From assembly GCA_973895155.1 (NCBI GenBank), contig OZ316897.1, positions 4,124,211 to 4,188,210 of the forward strand: DNA of 64,000 nucleotides, given 5' to 3'. This document shows positions 50,760 through 63,600 of the stretch, one piece after another. The DNA comes from Marsupella aquatica. Lineage: Eukaryota > Plantae > Marchantiophyta. The number at the start of each line of letters is the position of its first letter. The stretch's first letter is position 1. The notes under the pieces are model-generated. The model searched no databases. It was not told the origin of the DNA and worked only from the letters and a program-made list of their open reading frames with translations. The position numbers were made by a program, and so were the translations under genes.

Positions 50760-52784
50760 ATGTCGATCATTGGAACCGAGGCGGAGTTAGGGAAGAACAA
50801 GACAGAACAACTGCGTGGACACACGGACTTGGCTCCCCCGGGGAACAAGGAAGGACTAAGTGCACATGCTAGGGAGGCAAACGAACAATTTAGCAAACAG
50901 GATTCTCGGAGTGCAGCTCCCCCTAATGGTAGAGGCTTGCTAGGCTCCTCTTTCAGATGCCCGCAGTATAAGGCGCAGGAGCCCTATGATCTATTTGACA
51001 ATTCTGAACAAGGACGTAAAGGAAAAGACACAGAGCTGTCATCACCAACATGGGAGACCCGCAATTCCATGAGGATCCACTCTCGGGCAACAGCTGACCG
51101 CGGTGCGAAGGGAATTGAATCTGGTCCCCATCAAGGGCGTAGTGCTGAGCCGGGGATCAAGGAGGTGGATGTGGGCGAACACTCGGAGGGAGAGGAGGGG
51201 ACAGAGGTATCTGAGGAATGTATTACGATTCTAAAAGAAATTGCAGCGAACTCAAAGGGAGACTGGAGCACTAAGTTGTTTACGTCTGTAGATTGGAATC
51301 TTGAGGAAGCGGCGTGCAATGTCAGGCAATTATACAACTGCAGCATGCTATGTTACTTTACGGATTGGACTCCTATGTTACCTGGGTTTCGAGCATGGAT
51401 TGAAGAATGGATGGTTGAGGGGAGAAATTGGCCGGTGCTGCAAATCAAATTTGTCAGAAAAAGCTTCTACTTGGTGGTTTTTGAAAATGCGGATCACAGA
51501 GACCTTGCCTTGTCGTCTGCACCATGGTTCCTTGAGCGCAAGCTGGTATACACATTCCCTTGGGACCCCTCATTTGACATTCGGGCTGAAAAGTTTACTA
51601 AGCTCCCTGTATGGATTGAGCTCCCTTTTTGAGCTCTGGTGCTGGAAGGGTGCCGTATCAAGATTGCGGAGTCTTTGGGCAAGCTGCTACATTACATTCA
51701 GGGTGCTGAATACAGCTCTTATCCCCACGATAGAGCATGTATTCTCTGGGATACTGAACGAGAATTGCCAAAGAGTGCTCCTGTAAGGATCAGGGATGAC
51801 ATTGTCATCTGGCAGCCGATAATATTCAAGAACATACCTTACCACTGCTTCAAGTGCAACAAGCGGGGCCATTTGGCTCGGGAGTGCAGAGAAGGGAGGA
51901 ATGTAGTAGCGGAAACAGATCAGGAAAACAATGGGGAGGACATCGATGACACCCCTGAAGAATTGGATGCAACAGCCGAAGGAGACCCAGAAGAGGTACT
52001 GAGGACGCAACTAGCTATGAACTTAAGAGTAAGGACGGGAGCGGGCCCAATTGTCCCTAGAGAGGAAGGCACGGTGACAGCAGATATACAAGCAGTTGAA
52101 GCTCTTATGCGAGCGGAAGCTGAACCCCCTCTGGCCGAACCTGCACAGGAGGGAAGGATAAATTCTAGTAGTGAGGAGGATGGGAACAAAGGAAGTCAGA
52201 GGCTGCGGATTGCGCCGGGCCGGGTAGAGATTCCTAATGTATTGACCACAGATACCTTGCCAATAATTCCATTGGATGCGGGGGCAGCAAGTTTTACACC
52301 TGTTGAAGTGGGGCTGGCCGCGGCTGAGATAGTAGCATCGATGGACTCACACAGCGAAAGTGCTGAGCTGAACGGATCTTCATATCATGGGGACACTGAC
52401 GTAGATATGTCTGAATATGAAGCATATGTTTCAAGTAAGGGGAAGGATAGAGCGAGGAAGCTTGACAAAAGGACACCTCCAGCAGCTAAGAAGGATAGAG
52501 TTTCCCAAGAACCTAAAAAGCAACGATCTCTGAAATTCTCACACTCTTCTGTCCCTGTTGCAGAAATTGAGAGGCCTGCTTCTGTGGATGGGAATGAGGG
52601 ACTGACAATTGATATCGCTAACACACCAGGATCGGAGGATTGGACGGGGAAGAGGAACCCTGTGGAGCTAAAGGAGGATTATCAAATGGAGGAGACAGGC
52701 GAAATTGCAATGGCCACTCCGACTCACCGTAGGCGGGGGAGTGCGGGCTCTGGTACTTCTTCTGGTGGATGTGTTCGTATCTAA
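50760..52784 (+). pseudogene. LINE A ORF1 (DUF4283-like plus CCHC zinc knuckle), in-frame stop at 51630
   Basis: APWFLERKLVYTFPWDPSF, LPVWIELP, CFKCNKRGHLAREC. Confidence 0.9.
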
Positions 52785-52807
52785 AGCATTGAAAGAATGA
52801 GGGAGCA

Positions 52808-53348
52808 ATGGGGGAACTGTTGAGAATTGCATCTTGGAACGTGTGCGGGTTGTGTGAGCCCAATAGGAAGAATGTAGTAAAGAACTGGATAGAGTCCAGA
52901 AAGGGAAGGGTGGAAATCTTGGCCTTGCAGGAGATTAAGGCGGACCAGTTCAGACTCGATGTGGCTATGAGGGTGATACTGCCATTGTATCAGTGTATTA
53001 CTTCTGCCCCAGATGAGGGTCGCGGGGGCACTTCGTTACTAATACACCCAGGGATCAAAATTGTGGACTCAGGGGTGTTCGATTTAGGAAGGGCTGTTTG
53101 GGCGCTAGTAGTGTATGAAGGATGTAACTTTGGAATAATCAGCGTCTATGCGCCCAATTTGCCCAGGAGGAGGGCAATCCTCTGGAATGAACTCAAACTT
53201 GGACTCCCCCCCGGCTTCATGGATTGCATGCGGGGACTTCAATATGACGGAGATGCGGGAGGACTCCACAGGAGACTCACCCTTGATAAAAGGACGCGAG
53301 GCTGAATTTTGGATATTTCTGAAGGTGCAATTCAATCTGGTGGATGCT
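52808..53348 (+). pseudogene. LINE A ORF2, N-terminal APE endonuclease part (frameshift near 53213)
   Basis: IASWNVCGL, LQEIK, SVYAPN, WIACGDFN. Confidence 0.9.
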
Positions 53349-54539
53349 GAAATTGGCCAACAAGGATGACTGATCGAGAACTGAAACTGGCGCAAAAGCG
53401 GCACTGGCTTTTTGCTCCCCTTACGAGGTTATTGAAGGTTTTCGCTAAGGAATGATAAGGGTCGTGTGGAGGAGGTAGATGAGTTGAAAGGGGAAGTCGA
53501 TAGGCAGGTTTCTGTTCTATACCAAAGTTATGAGCTGCGATATGGTTGGGAGGAAAGGGAGATCCTGATTGAGGGGTTTGCGCAGTTGCTTAAGCTAGGT
53601 TATAGTGCAAATATGATGAAGGAGACAAGATTGCCGTTGATGGATCCGCATGGAGGGAGCACATTATGTAGTTTGGTGTAGTGCTGCTTGCGGGAAAATC
53701 CGGTTGGCCTCACTTGGATGACAGCATCGCGCAGAGGTGACTGAACGAAGGCTTAGGGTTAAGAAAGCAGAGAGGTGACAACAACATACGGAAGCACGGG
53801 GGGTTGTGTGGGAGATGATCACATTTGCGTCTCTTTCTCTCTTATGTGCGTAGACAGTGGAGATCGGGCACTACTAGGAGCAATTCAATAAAAATGTTGG
53901 TACTATCTTGGTGGCTTGCGCTGTGGGGTACCTCACTAGGATCCTTGAGGAGTACATAGTGCTCCTCCCGGATCATGGTGATGCATTACATAAGGGCTGG
54001 GACAGAGCAACGGAATTGGTTCGTGAGGGGTTCTTTGCGTAAGCAAGGCGTGTATCTGGGATTACGCTGCTACTAAGTGACACAACTTGGAGTAAGTAAG
54101 TCGTGGGTCTGGGAGTGCGCTGCTACAGTGCTGCAACGGTTGGTGCCTGGGATCTGAGCAAGTAAGTCCTCCATATTACATGTGTGGTTCGGGAAGAATT
54201 GAACAACCGATACTCAGGTAAGGATTGGGACTGATTAAGTGTGAATTCCGTTAGGATTAGGAGTAATCGTGTTGAGAAATGGACTACTATGGACCTAGAG
54301 AAGGTGGGCAGCGTTATATGAATGATCGTGGCAGAATTGCTGGTGCACGGGGCTTGCGTTTTGGTTCTACGGGGGCGGATTGGCAGGGAGGTCGTGCTGG
54401 TGGTAGGGGCGGCCACACGTCGATGAGGGGTGGAGGGAGCGTTGATGCCAATAGATAGCAGTATTCTCCCCAGGATGCACGCACTGGATACACTGCGGAT
54501 GGCAATGGTATTGCTGAACCTCGACCTGAAACCTTTCAC

Positions 54540-56339
54540 TTGGCTCAGCGGCAATGGGAAGCGGAGCAAAATTCACAGCAGCAATGGGCTGCGCAGCAAA
54601 CTGCTCTGAATTCAAGACCAACAGATTTTGGAGCTGGCCGGAGCTTGAGCAAAAATTCTGGGAGGCTGATCGGCACAAAGGGTGGAGTTGCTGAAGAGAG
54701 GCAACGACAGGGTGCGTCGGGTACCGGGAAGGTAAACGTAGATGCGGAGATGCTTGAGGAGGAAGAACCTGAGGAAACATCAGAGGAGTGCATTCGGATC
54801 CTTAAAGAAATTGGTGAGCATTCCAAAGATGATTGGCACGAGAAGCTATATACCACGGTTGAATGGAGCCTGGATGAAGCAGCTAGTAATGCTAGGAAGT
54901 TATACAACTGTGCTATTCTATGCTTCTTCACGGACAGAACTCCTTTGCTCCCGGTTTTTCGAGAGTGGGTTGAGGAAATGATGGTGCAAGAGATGAATTG
55001 GCAGGTTCTGCAAGTTAAGTACGTAGGAAAGAATTTCTACTTGGTAGTATTTGCACAGCCTGATCATCGGGACGCAGCGTTGGAGTATGCACCGTGGTTC
55101 ATGGAACGCAGGTTTGTCTATACCTTTGCGTGGGATCCCTCGTTTGACATCAAGAATGAATCATACACTAAATTGCCGGTCTGGATTGAGATTCCATACA
55201 GAGCATTAGTACTTGAAGGATGCAGGAGGAAGATTGCGGAATCCTTTGGACAGTTGTTGTATTACATTCAGGGGGATGAGTTCAGCTCCTACCCGCATGA
55301 TAGGGTCTGCATTCTATGGGACACTGAAAGGGAGATCCCGGCTAGCGCTCGGATTAGAATTAGAGATGACATCATAATATGGCAGCCTGTTACATTCAGG
55401 AACATCCCGTATCATTGCTTTAAATGCAACCTTAAAGGTCATCTAGCTAGAGACTGTGTCATGGGAAGCACGGAAGTAGAGAATGAAGCTCCCGGATTAT
55501 CTAAGAAGACTTTGGACCCGGCGGCTGCCCCTTATCGAGCGGCTGAAGTGGCAAGAGATCCTCCTTCAGCGGCAGCTGAGGCACGTATTGATGGTCTTCA
55601 GTATAAGCCTGGTATGGTCCCAGTTGATACTGGAGTGGAAGCAGACATATTGCAGGTGGAAAATATTTTCTTGCAGGCTAGTGGTACACAAGGAGGAAAT
55701 ATTGGGGCTGCACTTGTGACTGTCGAAGATCAGAATGGTAGCAGGCCGTTTGGGGTTTTCAGGCTGGGGGTCGGACCCTCCTTTCCTGAGGACCCTGGGG
55801 ATGCTGGTGTGCAGCTAGACACTTTGGGGCTTGACGAGAGGGGGACAAGGGCCAATGGTGAAGGAGTTGACGGGGGAAGGAGCCTGGGGGAATCTAGGCC
55901 GGACACTTTGCTGCAGTCGGGGACTGTTGGTGCTGATGACTACTCATTTCATGGGGATACTGACATGGAGCTCTCAGAGTACGAAGAATACATATCACGA
56001 AGTCAAACTAAACTTAGAGCAAGGAAACAAGAGCTGAGAACCCCCCCAAATCGCAAATTGGAAAAAGATAAGATGGAAGGGAAAAAACAACGCTCCTTAA
56101 GCTTCTCACATGAGCCGTTGTTGGTTGCAGAGGGAAGTGGACCGGGAGGTGTTGCTGCTGCCACTGAGGAGGCTGGGGAGATAGCGGAACATACGGGTGG
56201 GTCTGCCAAGCGCTTGACTCCACTGGTTGCTTCTTCTCCTGTGGGGACTCGGATCCTAGGTAACCCGGAACTGGGGGTCACTCCCCCGGCTAAAAGAATT
56301 GGCAGGGTGGCCTCACCTGGGGCTCGTCCTCGTATCTAG
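54540..56339 (+). CDS. LINE B ORF1 (DUF4283-like plus CCHC); the true start is probably upstream (~54320) beyond a stop
   Basis: APWFMERRFVYTFAWDPSF, LPVWIEIP, CFKCNLKGHLARDC; highly similar to LINE A ORF1. Confidence 0.9.
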   Translation: MAQRQWEAEQNSQQQWAAQQTALNSRPTDFGAGRSLSKNSGRLIGTKGGVAEERQRQGASGTGKVNVDAEMLEEEEPEETSEECIRILKEIGEHSKDDWHEKLYTTVEWSLDEAASNARKLYNCAILCFFTDRTPLLPVFREWVEEMMVQEMNWQVLQVKYVGKNFYLVVFAQPDHRDAALEYAPWFMERRFVYTFAWDPSFDIKNESYTKLPVWIEIPYRALVLEGCRRKIAESFGQLLYYIQGDEFSSYPHDRVCILWDTEREIPASARIRIRDDIIIWQPVTFRNIPYHCFKCNLKGHLARDCVMGSTEVENEAPGLSKKTLDPAAAPYRAAEVARDPPSAAAEARIDGLQYKPGMVPVDTGVEADILQVENIFLQASGTQGGNIGAALVTVEDQNGSRPFGVFRLGVGPSFPEDPGDAGVQLDTLGLDERGTRANGEGVDGGRSLGESRPDTLLQSGTVGADDYSFHGDTDMELSEYEEYISRSQTKLRARKQELRTPPNRKLEKDKMEGKKQRSLSFSHEPLLVAEGSGPGGVAAATEEAGEIAEHTGGSAKRLTPLVASSPVGTRILGNPELGVTPPAKRIGRVASPGARPRI

Positions 56340-56388
56340 GTGTGGGGGATCGCTAGATCCTCGGGCTTACCTCTGTTGGATAGCCTGA

Positions 56389-59300
56389 ATGGATAGCCCG
56401 TGGAAAATTGCCTCTTGGAATGTGTGCGGGCTGTGTGAGCCCAATAGGAAACATGTGATCAAAAACTGGGCCGTGGCATTAAGGCCCCCTCTGGATATAT
56501 TTGCATTACAAGAAGTAAAGTCAGAACAGTTCAGATTGGACATTGCCCTACGTACTATTCTACCACTGTATCAACACTTCTCTGCGGCCCCGGATGGGGG
56601 ACGAGGGGGGTCAGCCCTGCTCATACAACCCCTGCTTAAAGTGATTAGATCTGGTGCACTTGAGCTTGGGAGAGCGGTATGGGTGATTATAGAGCATACT
56701 AGTGGTATGATTGGAGTGGTAAGTGTGTATGCCCCCAACTCTGCAAGACAACGGGCTCTGTTATGGCATGAACTCAAGGTAGAACTACCACAAGCGAACT
56801 GGATTTTGTGCGGTGATTTCAACATGACTGAATCTAGGATGGATTCATCGAGCGGATCATCCTTACTGAAGGGACGGGAGGCAGAATTTTGGCATTTTTT
56901 ACAAGTGCGATTGGATCTTATTGATGTCTATAACCTGGGCTGCACAGTGATAGGATCCAGATACACGTGGAGACGTGTCCGGCATGCGAACCTCACACAG
57001 TCTAGACTGGACAGGTTTTACCTTAGTGGTCTTGGAGGTTGGATTGCTGGCACAGTGGAGCTAACTCATGATGGGGGCTCGTCACTGTCGGACCATGATC
57101 CCATTGTGGCTGTTTTGCGCTTTCAGATTGAGGAGAGGGATTTGGAAAGAGGTAAGTCCCACTTTTTTAAAGCTAACCCTTACGTACTCCGGGATCCGAA
57201 GAATATTAATTGGAGGTTGCTTGGCGGGCGGGGGGGGGTGGGCGAGGTGAACCCTCACTTGTGTTTCTCTCGTGCATGTCAGAGACTACGAAAAAAATAT
57301 ACGGAGTTGCAATCCGCACCGAGACAGTCTGAGGAGGAGTTGAACTTTCTGAGAGATAAAGTGAGAATACTTAAGACTACTATTGTAGATGAATGCTCAC
57401 TGGATGAACTGACAGAGTTTCTGCAATGGGAGGACATGCTTCACGTAGCTGAAGTTGAGACGGCGCACCAGGCCAGACGGTTAGCCAGAACTCGGTGGCT
57501 GGGAGAAGGGGAGGAATCAACTAAATTTTACTTTGCCATAGTCAAGGCTAAAAGAGAGAGAGAAGCTATGAGGATGCTAGTAAAGGAGCATGGATCGGTA
57601 CTTACAGATTTCAAGGACATCATTGGGGAAGTAGAGCAGCAATGTGAGGCGCTTTACTCTCCTGGGCAACCATCTGAGGAGGAGCTACTAGAAAGCAGGT
57701 GCAATAGGGATAAGCTATTGCGGAGTACTAAATCAGCATTCACGGCGGCAGAGATACACAGGATGGAGGCACTTCCTACGATCTCCGAGGTGAAAGAGGT
57801 GTTGTGGCTTCTCCCGGAGGACAAGGCCCCTGGGACGGATGGGCTCACGGCTGAGGTTTACAGAGCCTGTTGGGAGTTCATGAAGGATGATATGGTGGCA
57901 ATGATACAGGATTTCTGGCTCACAGGCGAGTTGGCTGCTGAGATCAAGGATGGCCTGATAAAGCTTATACCAAAAAAACCTGATAAAAGATACTTGAAGG
58001 ACTGGCGCCCTCTGACGATGCTTAACACTAGCTACAAAATCCTGGCCAAAGTGATCGCTCTACGAATTAAGCACCTGCTATGTAACCTGATCAGTCCTCA
58101 GCAGACCGGGTTTATCCCGGGTAGACATATCTTAGAGAATATTTCGCTTGCTTGGCTTACAAGTGACTGGGTTCAGAATTGCAGGAAGGGAGCATTATTC
58201 CTAAAACTTGACTTTGAGAAAGCATTCGACAGGGTTAACCACGAGTATCTCTGGGAGTCTATGTTGCTGCTGGGATTTAGTGGTAGGATTGTGAACATAG
58301 TTAAAGCCTTGTTCTCTAATGCCAGCTCTCGAGTACTAGTCAATGGCTTTCTTAGCAAATATTTTTTGATGTGCCGGGGGTGAGGCAGGGATGTCCTCTC
58401 TCCCCTCTTCTATTTGTGATTTCTACCCAACCTCTCATGGATTTCTTGGATGCTGAGCTTGCGGCTGGTCGACTTGCTGGTATCCAGGTTTCAGATGTGC
58501 TTACAGTGTGCTACAGATTGTTTGCTGATGATGTGGGGATGTTCATCCCTGCAACAGAGGAAGCGTTTAGGGATGCTACTACGGCTCTGTCATGTTATGA
58601 AAGTGCATCTGGTGCTAGGCTGAACTTACGAAAATCTGTTATCATCCCACTTGCTTTGGACCTAATTCCAGACTGGCTCAAGGCTACAGGCTGCAAGATT
58701 AGTGAGCAAGGTGAAGTGCAGAAGTATCTGGGTGCTCCATTTGGTATTGGACTCTCAGTGGGTAATTTACATCGCTTCTGCCTGGATAAGGTTGCTGCAC
58801 GCTTGTCCTCTTGGTCAAATAAATTGCTGTCCTTCACAGGTCGGACGTTGCTGGTGAAACATGTGCTCATGGCAATACCGATATATCACGTAATGTATAT
58901 GAAGGCCTCGGAAGGGCTGGCAAAGAAACTGATTGCGCTGTGCAGGGATTTTCTATGGGGTTATAATCCTGCGGGCGGGAAGAAGATTCCGCTGGTGGCA
59001 TGGGACAAGATGGCTCGCCCTAAGGTGGATGGCGGACTAGGGTTTCATGACTTTAGAAGTCACTCTGATGCGTTACTTACTCAGTGGTTTATGAAGGCCT
59101 TGGACTATCCCAACACGGAATGGGCTGGCATGCTTGCTGCTAATCTGAGTCTTATTGGATGGCTGAATTTCAGGGTGATTAGGCGAAATCACTACACATT
59201 TGCAGATAAGCTGCTTTTATGTACTCCAAGATCTTGCTGCGGGCTGACATACACTTGGGGAATCTGGAAGGCCTGGGAGGCTTTGAGAGCAAATCTTTCC

Positions 59301-60305
59301 TTTGTCCCAGGGACTGCGGGCTTTCCTGGGAGATGGAGTATACAGGACGCATTACGCTGTACACAGGGCTTTAATACTTGGCCTTCGGCACACACAGAGT
59401 TCACTGTGGAAATCTGTGGGAGGCTTGGGATACGGGTGATTGCTGACTGCTGGAATGCTGAGGCGCACCAATGGAAGGACTTTTCTGGCAGATGGTGTTT
59501 GCTTCGAGGGTGGGCGCTGGCTCACAGGGACAGATGCCATCAGTTTCTACTTGTGATTGGCAGGGGACGCTGCTGCAATGGTGGGCTGGTGTCGGGTGCT
59601 CGTTGTTGGCGTTGGCTTGAGATGGGGGTTCCACTGAAGAGGTTCACAATTCCTAACAAACACGCGTACCAACTTGTAAGACCTAAGGGCTCGGACTACC
59701 AAAGATGGAACAGAATTTGGCTCACCAACTGGACGGAGGAGGTATGGGGTAAGAGATGGCGCGCTCTGTGGGGTTTGGACCTGTCCACTAGAGGAAAAAC
59801 CTTTCTATGGCGAATCATTGCTGGTGGCCTGTTTACGGGAGCAAGGGCCCTTACTATTGGTGCAAGTGATGGTATCTGTCGGCTATGCCCTGGGAGGCTT
59901 GAAAGTATTCCTCATCTGTTTGTCCAATGTGTGCATGCTGCTGAGTGCTGGAGACTATGCTGTGACTGCTGCCTGGGAGTTATGTTTGCACCTGGGCAGG
60001 ATCTTCTGGGCAAGGTGGTGGCCTCATTTGGTCGCAGTCCATTGAGGGTGGCTCGTCTATTCCTATTGTTTCAAATTGTGTGGATGATTTGGCTGGGACG
60101 TAACACACAGATGTTCAAGGAACTTGGGCGCAGATCCTTTGATGTAAGATTGGTTCTTTCTGAGATGGTTTTGCACCTGCATGGGGCCTCTCTACGCTTC
60201 CCGTCAGGCAGTAAACACATTCGGCTTCTTAGGGCTAAAGAATTAATTGAAATGGAACGGAGGCGCTGGTTGGTGCGTAGAGATGGACATGTGACTTCGG
60301 GCTGA
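56389..60305 (+). pseudogene. LINE B ORF2: APE endonuclease, reverse transcriptase, zf-RVT; frameshift near 58375
   Basis: SWNVCGL, GDFN, SRLDRFY, SDHDP; KAPGTDG, WRPLTML, KLDFEKAFD, GVRQGCPLSP, LFADD; CRLC...HLFVQC. Confidence 0.95.
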
Positions 60306-60664
60306 TGATGCTTAGAGTAGGTTAGGCTCTTTGATTGGTGTTGTGGCTTTGGTGGGCTTGGGTTGGGCTCAACTGTGCGGCTCTGTTTTTTGCTTTTGGG
60401 GCTTGCCCTTGTGTTATGGCTTCAGGCCTTTAGGTTGCTCATGGATCTGGCTCTCGCTGTCGTTGACTGGCTGGCTGGGGTTGGGCTCTTTACCGGGGCC
60501 GTATATGATGTCTGGGCGAGCCCTGTTTTAGGGGTGCCCTGCTGGCCTCCTGTGGGCGTTGTCCTTTTGTGCGTGCTTGTGCTGTTTGCTTCCCCCGCCG
60601 TGGGGTTTTCACGGGTTATTTCTATAAAAGTTTGAAAAAATTTCCAAGGAATCTGGTGGATGCT

Positions 60665-63600
60665 ATACAATTCAAAGGAATTGACAAGGGGTCTAGATTC
60701 ACATGGCGCAGAAGCAGGAACGGGATACTGACACAGTCCCGGCTGGACAGATTTTACTTTAGCAACAATGGGGAATGGATCAAACTGATTGGGGAACTTG
60801 AGCATGACGGGGGCTCGGCCCTCTCGGACCACGATCCGGTGGTATTGAGCTTGCAACTCACGAGCGGTGTACAGGCTGAGGGTGGTAGGGTGCGAATGAC
60901 ACTTTTCAAAGCGAACCCGGCTCTGGTGAAAATTGAAGGCACAGTGGAAGCACTCCATCGGGCATGGATGGAAGGAAAAGGGGGGTGTACTGAACCAATA
61001 ATGGCTTTTGACAAGGCGAGTCGCAATATGAGGAAAATGTATATTGAGAAGCAAGGATCACCTAAGCGAAGAGAAGAAGAACTACTGCTGCTGCGGGATA
61101 AATTAAGGATGCTGAAGACGACAATAATGGAGGAATACTCTGAAATTGAACTCAAAGAGTACGTTGACACAGAGGACTTACTACATGCTGCGGAGCTGGA
61201 GGAGGCTCATAGAGGAAGAAGATTGGCGCGAATTAAATGGCTGGGGGAGGAAGACGAACCATCACATTTCTATTTTGCAACTGTTAAGGCTAAGAGAGAA
61301 CGAGAAGCGATGAAGAGTTTGTTGTTGGAAGGGGGGCGGTGATTACAGACCCAGTGCACATAATGAAGGAGGTGGAACAAACTTGCCTGGCATTGTATGC
61401 TCCTGGGGCCCCAACGCAGGGGGAGCGGCTGATCTCACTAAACGAACAAAGCAGGCTGTTGAAGCATACCAGGGCGGCACTGACCACAGCAGAGACAACC
61501 ATGCTAGAGAAGCTGCCCACAAACACGGAAATAAAAGAGGTACTTTGGATGCTCCCAAAGGACAAGGCACCGGGACCGGATGGGCTGTCTGCAGAGGTGT
61601 ATGAAGCATGCTGGGAATTCTTGCAAGAGGATCTGGTTGCCATGATACAGGAATTTTGGTTGACAGGGAAGCTGGCTAGTGGGGTCAAGGAGGGGATCAT
61701 CAAATTCATCCCTAAGAAGGCGGATAAACGGATGCTAAAGGACTGGCGGCCATTAACCATGCTGAATACAGTGTACAAGCTGATTGCTAAAATTCTGGCT
61801 CGCAGGCTGATATGTATCCTGCCCCGGCTGATCAGCCCTCAACAGACAGGGTTCATCCCTGGCCGAAACATACTGGAGAACATATCACTGGCATGGTTGA
61901 CTTTCGATTGGCTGAAGAATAGAAAGTATGAGGCACTTTTTCTTAAACTAGACTTTGAGAAGGCATTTGACCGAGTAGACCAGGGATACATTTGGGAAAC
62001 TATGCACTTGCCCGGTATCAGTAGCAACTTTATCAAATGGGTGCAGGCATTGATGCAGCACGCTACATCCAGGATACACCTGAATGGTATGCTTTCAACT
62101 GACATTGGGCTCCAACGGGGGGTCAGACAAGGATGCCCCTTGTCTCCTCTCCTTTTTGTGATCTCAACACAACCATTGATGGATTTTATGGATGCAAAAC
62201 TAGCTGCGGGCAGGCTGGAAGGAATACAAGTTTCAGAGATACTAACCATTTGCTACCGGCTGTTCGCGGATGACTTGGGGATGTTTATCCCGGCAAAGGA
62301 GAGAAACTTTCAACAGGTAACAAAGGTGGTGAAATGCTATGAATTGGCAACAGGGGCTCGCCTTAACTTACGGAAATCCACTGTGATACCACTAGTAACA
62401 ACAACGCCACGGTGGCTCAGGGATACTGGCTGTGTGATCAGTGGTAGGGGGAACTCCAGAAATACCTCGGAGCTCCACTGGGGGTAGACCTGAAAACGGA
62501 GTAGCTGCACAACTATGTATTGGATAAGATTGGACAAAGGCTCTCATCCTGGGCCAACAAGATGTTGACATTCACAGGCAGAACTCTGCTTATTAGGCAC
62601 ATTTTACAGGCAATACCAGTATATCACTCGATGTTCCTAAAGGCTTCTAATGCGCTTGCAAGAAAAATGACTGCACTTTGTCAAGACTTTCTGTGGGGGT
62701 ATAACAAGGAGGGAGGTAGGCGGGTACCACTGGTCTCCTGGGCTCGCATCTCTCGCCCTAAGACGGAGGGGGGACTTGGAATCAAGGATTTCAGAAGCCA
62801 TTCGGATGCATTACTCGCCAAATGGTTTACTGGGGCGTTGGATTCCCCCAGATCGGAATGGGCCTACTTGTTTGCTGCGAATTTGAAACTGATTGGATGG
62901 GCCACCTATAAGGTAGTAAGGAGAAACAACTACACATTTAGGGACAAGATGCTACTCTGCTACCCGCGAGCACTTCATGGTCTAGCATATACAGGTGGGC
63001 TTTGGAAGGCATGGGAACAGCTACGGGTGAATTTGATATTCTGCTCCACGGATCGAGTACCAGGAAGATGGGCAGTAGGGGACACAATCAGGTGCTTGAA
63101 AGGCTTTCAGGCATGCAGCAATGAGGACATGGCTGCTGTCACAAGGCTCTGTGGGTGACTGGGCATTCGGTGTATACAGGATCTGTGGGCGGAGGAGAGA
63201 CAGGGTTGGAGAATGGTGAATGAGAGACGGGAGAACCTGAGGGGATTTTCACTGGAACACCGTAATCTGGGAAGGAAATTCATAGAGGCACTTGTGAGCA
63301 TCAGACAGTGTGTTTGGGGTTACGAGCCTGGTCCTTGATGCTGGTGTTGGGCAGACAGTCCGGATCCACTGAAGAGCTTTGGAATCCAGAATAGGAGAGC
63401 TTATAGGATGATCAGGACTGAGTGCAGCGACACCCCCAGTCTGAACAGAACTTGGGGGATCTCCAAGACAGCGGGGGAGTGGAATGTAGGATGGACTGGT
63501 ATATGGAGATCTGGGTTGACTATGAGGGCTAAGACTTTTCTGTGGAGGATAATTGCATCTGGTCTGTATACTGGAGTGAGGGCGATAAAGATAGGTAAAG

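Larger units (their letters stand above)
53349..60649 (+). mobile_element. L1-clade LINE 'B', full length (7301 bp), nested in LINE A with 15-bp TSD aatctggtggatgct
   Basis: Identical 15-mers at 53334-53348 and 60650-60664. Contains ORF1, ORF2 and a 3' UTR ending in a short A-rich tail. Confidence 0.93.
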
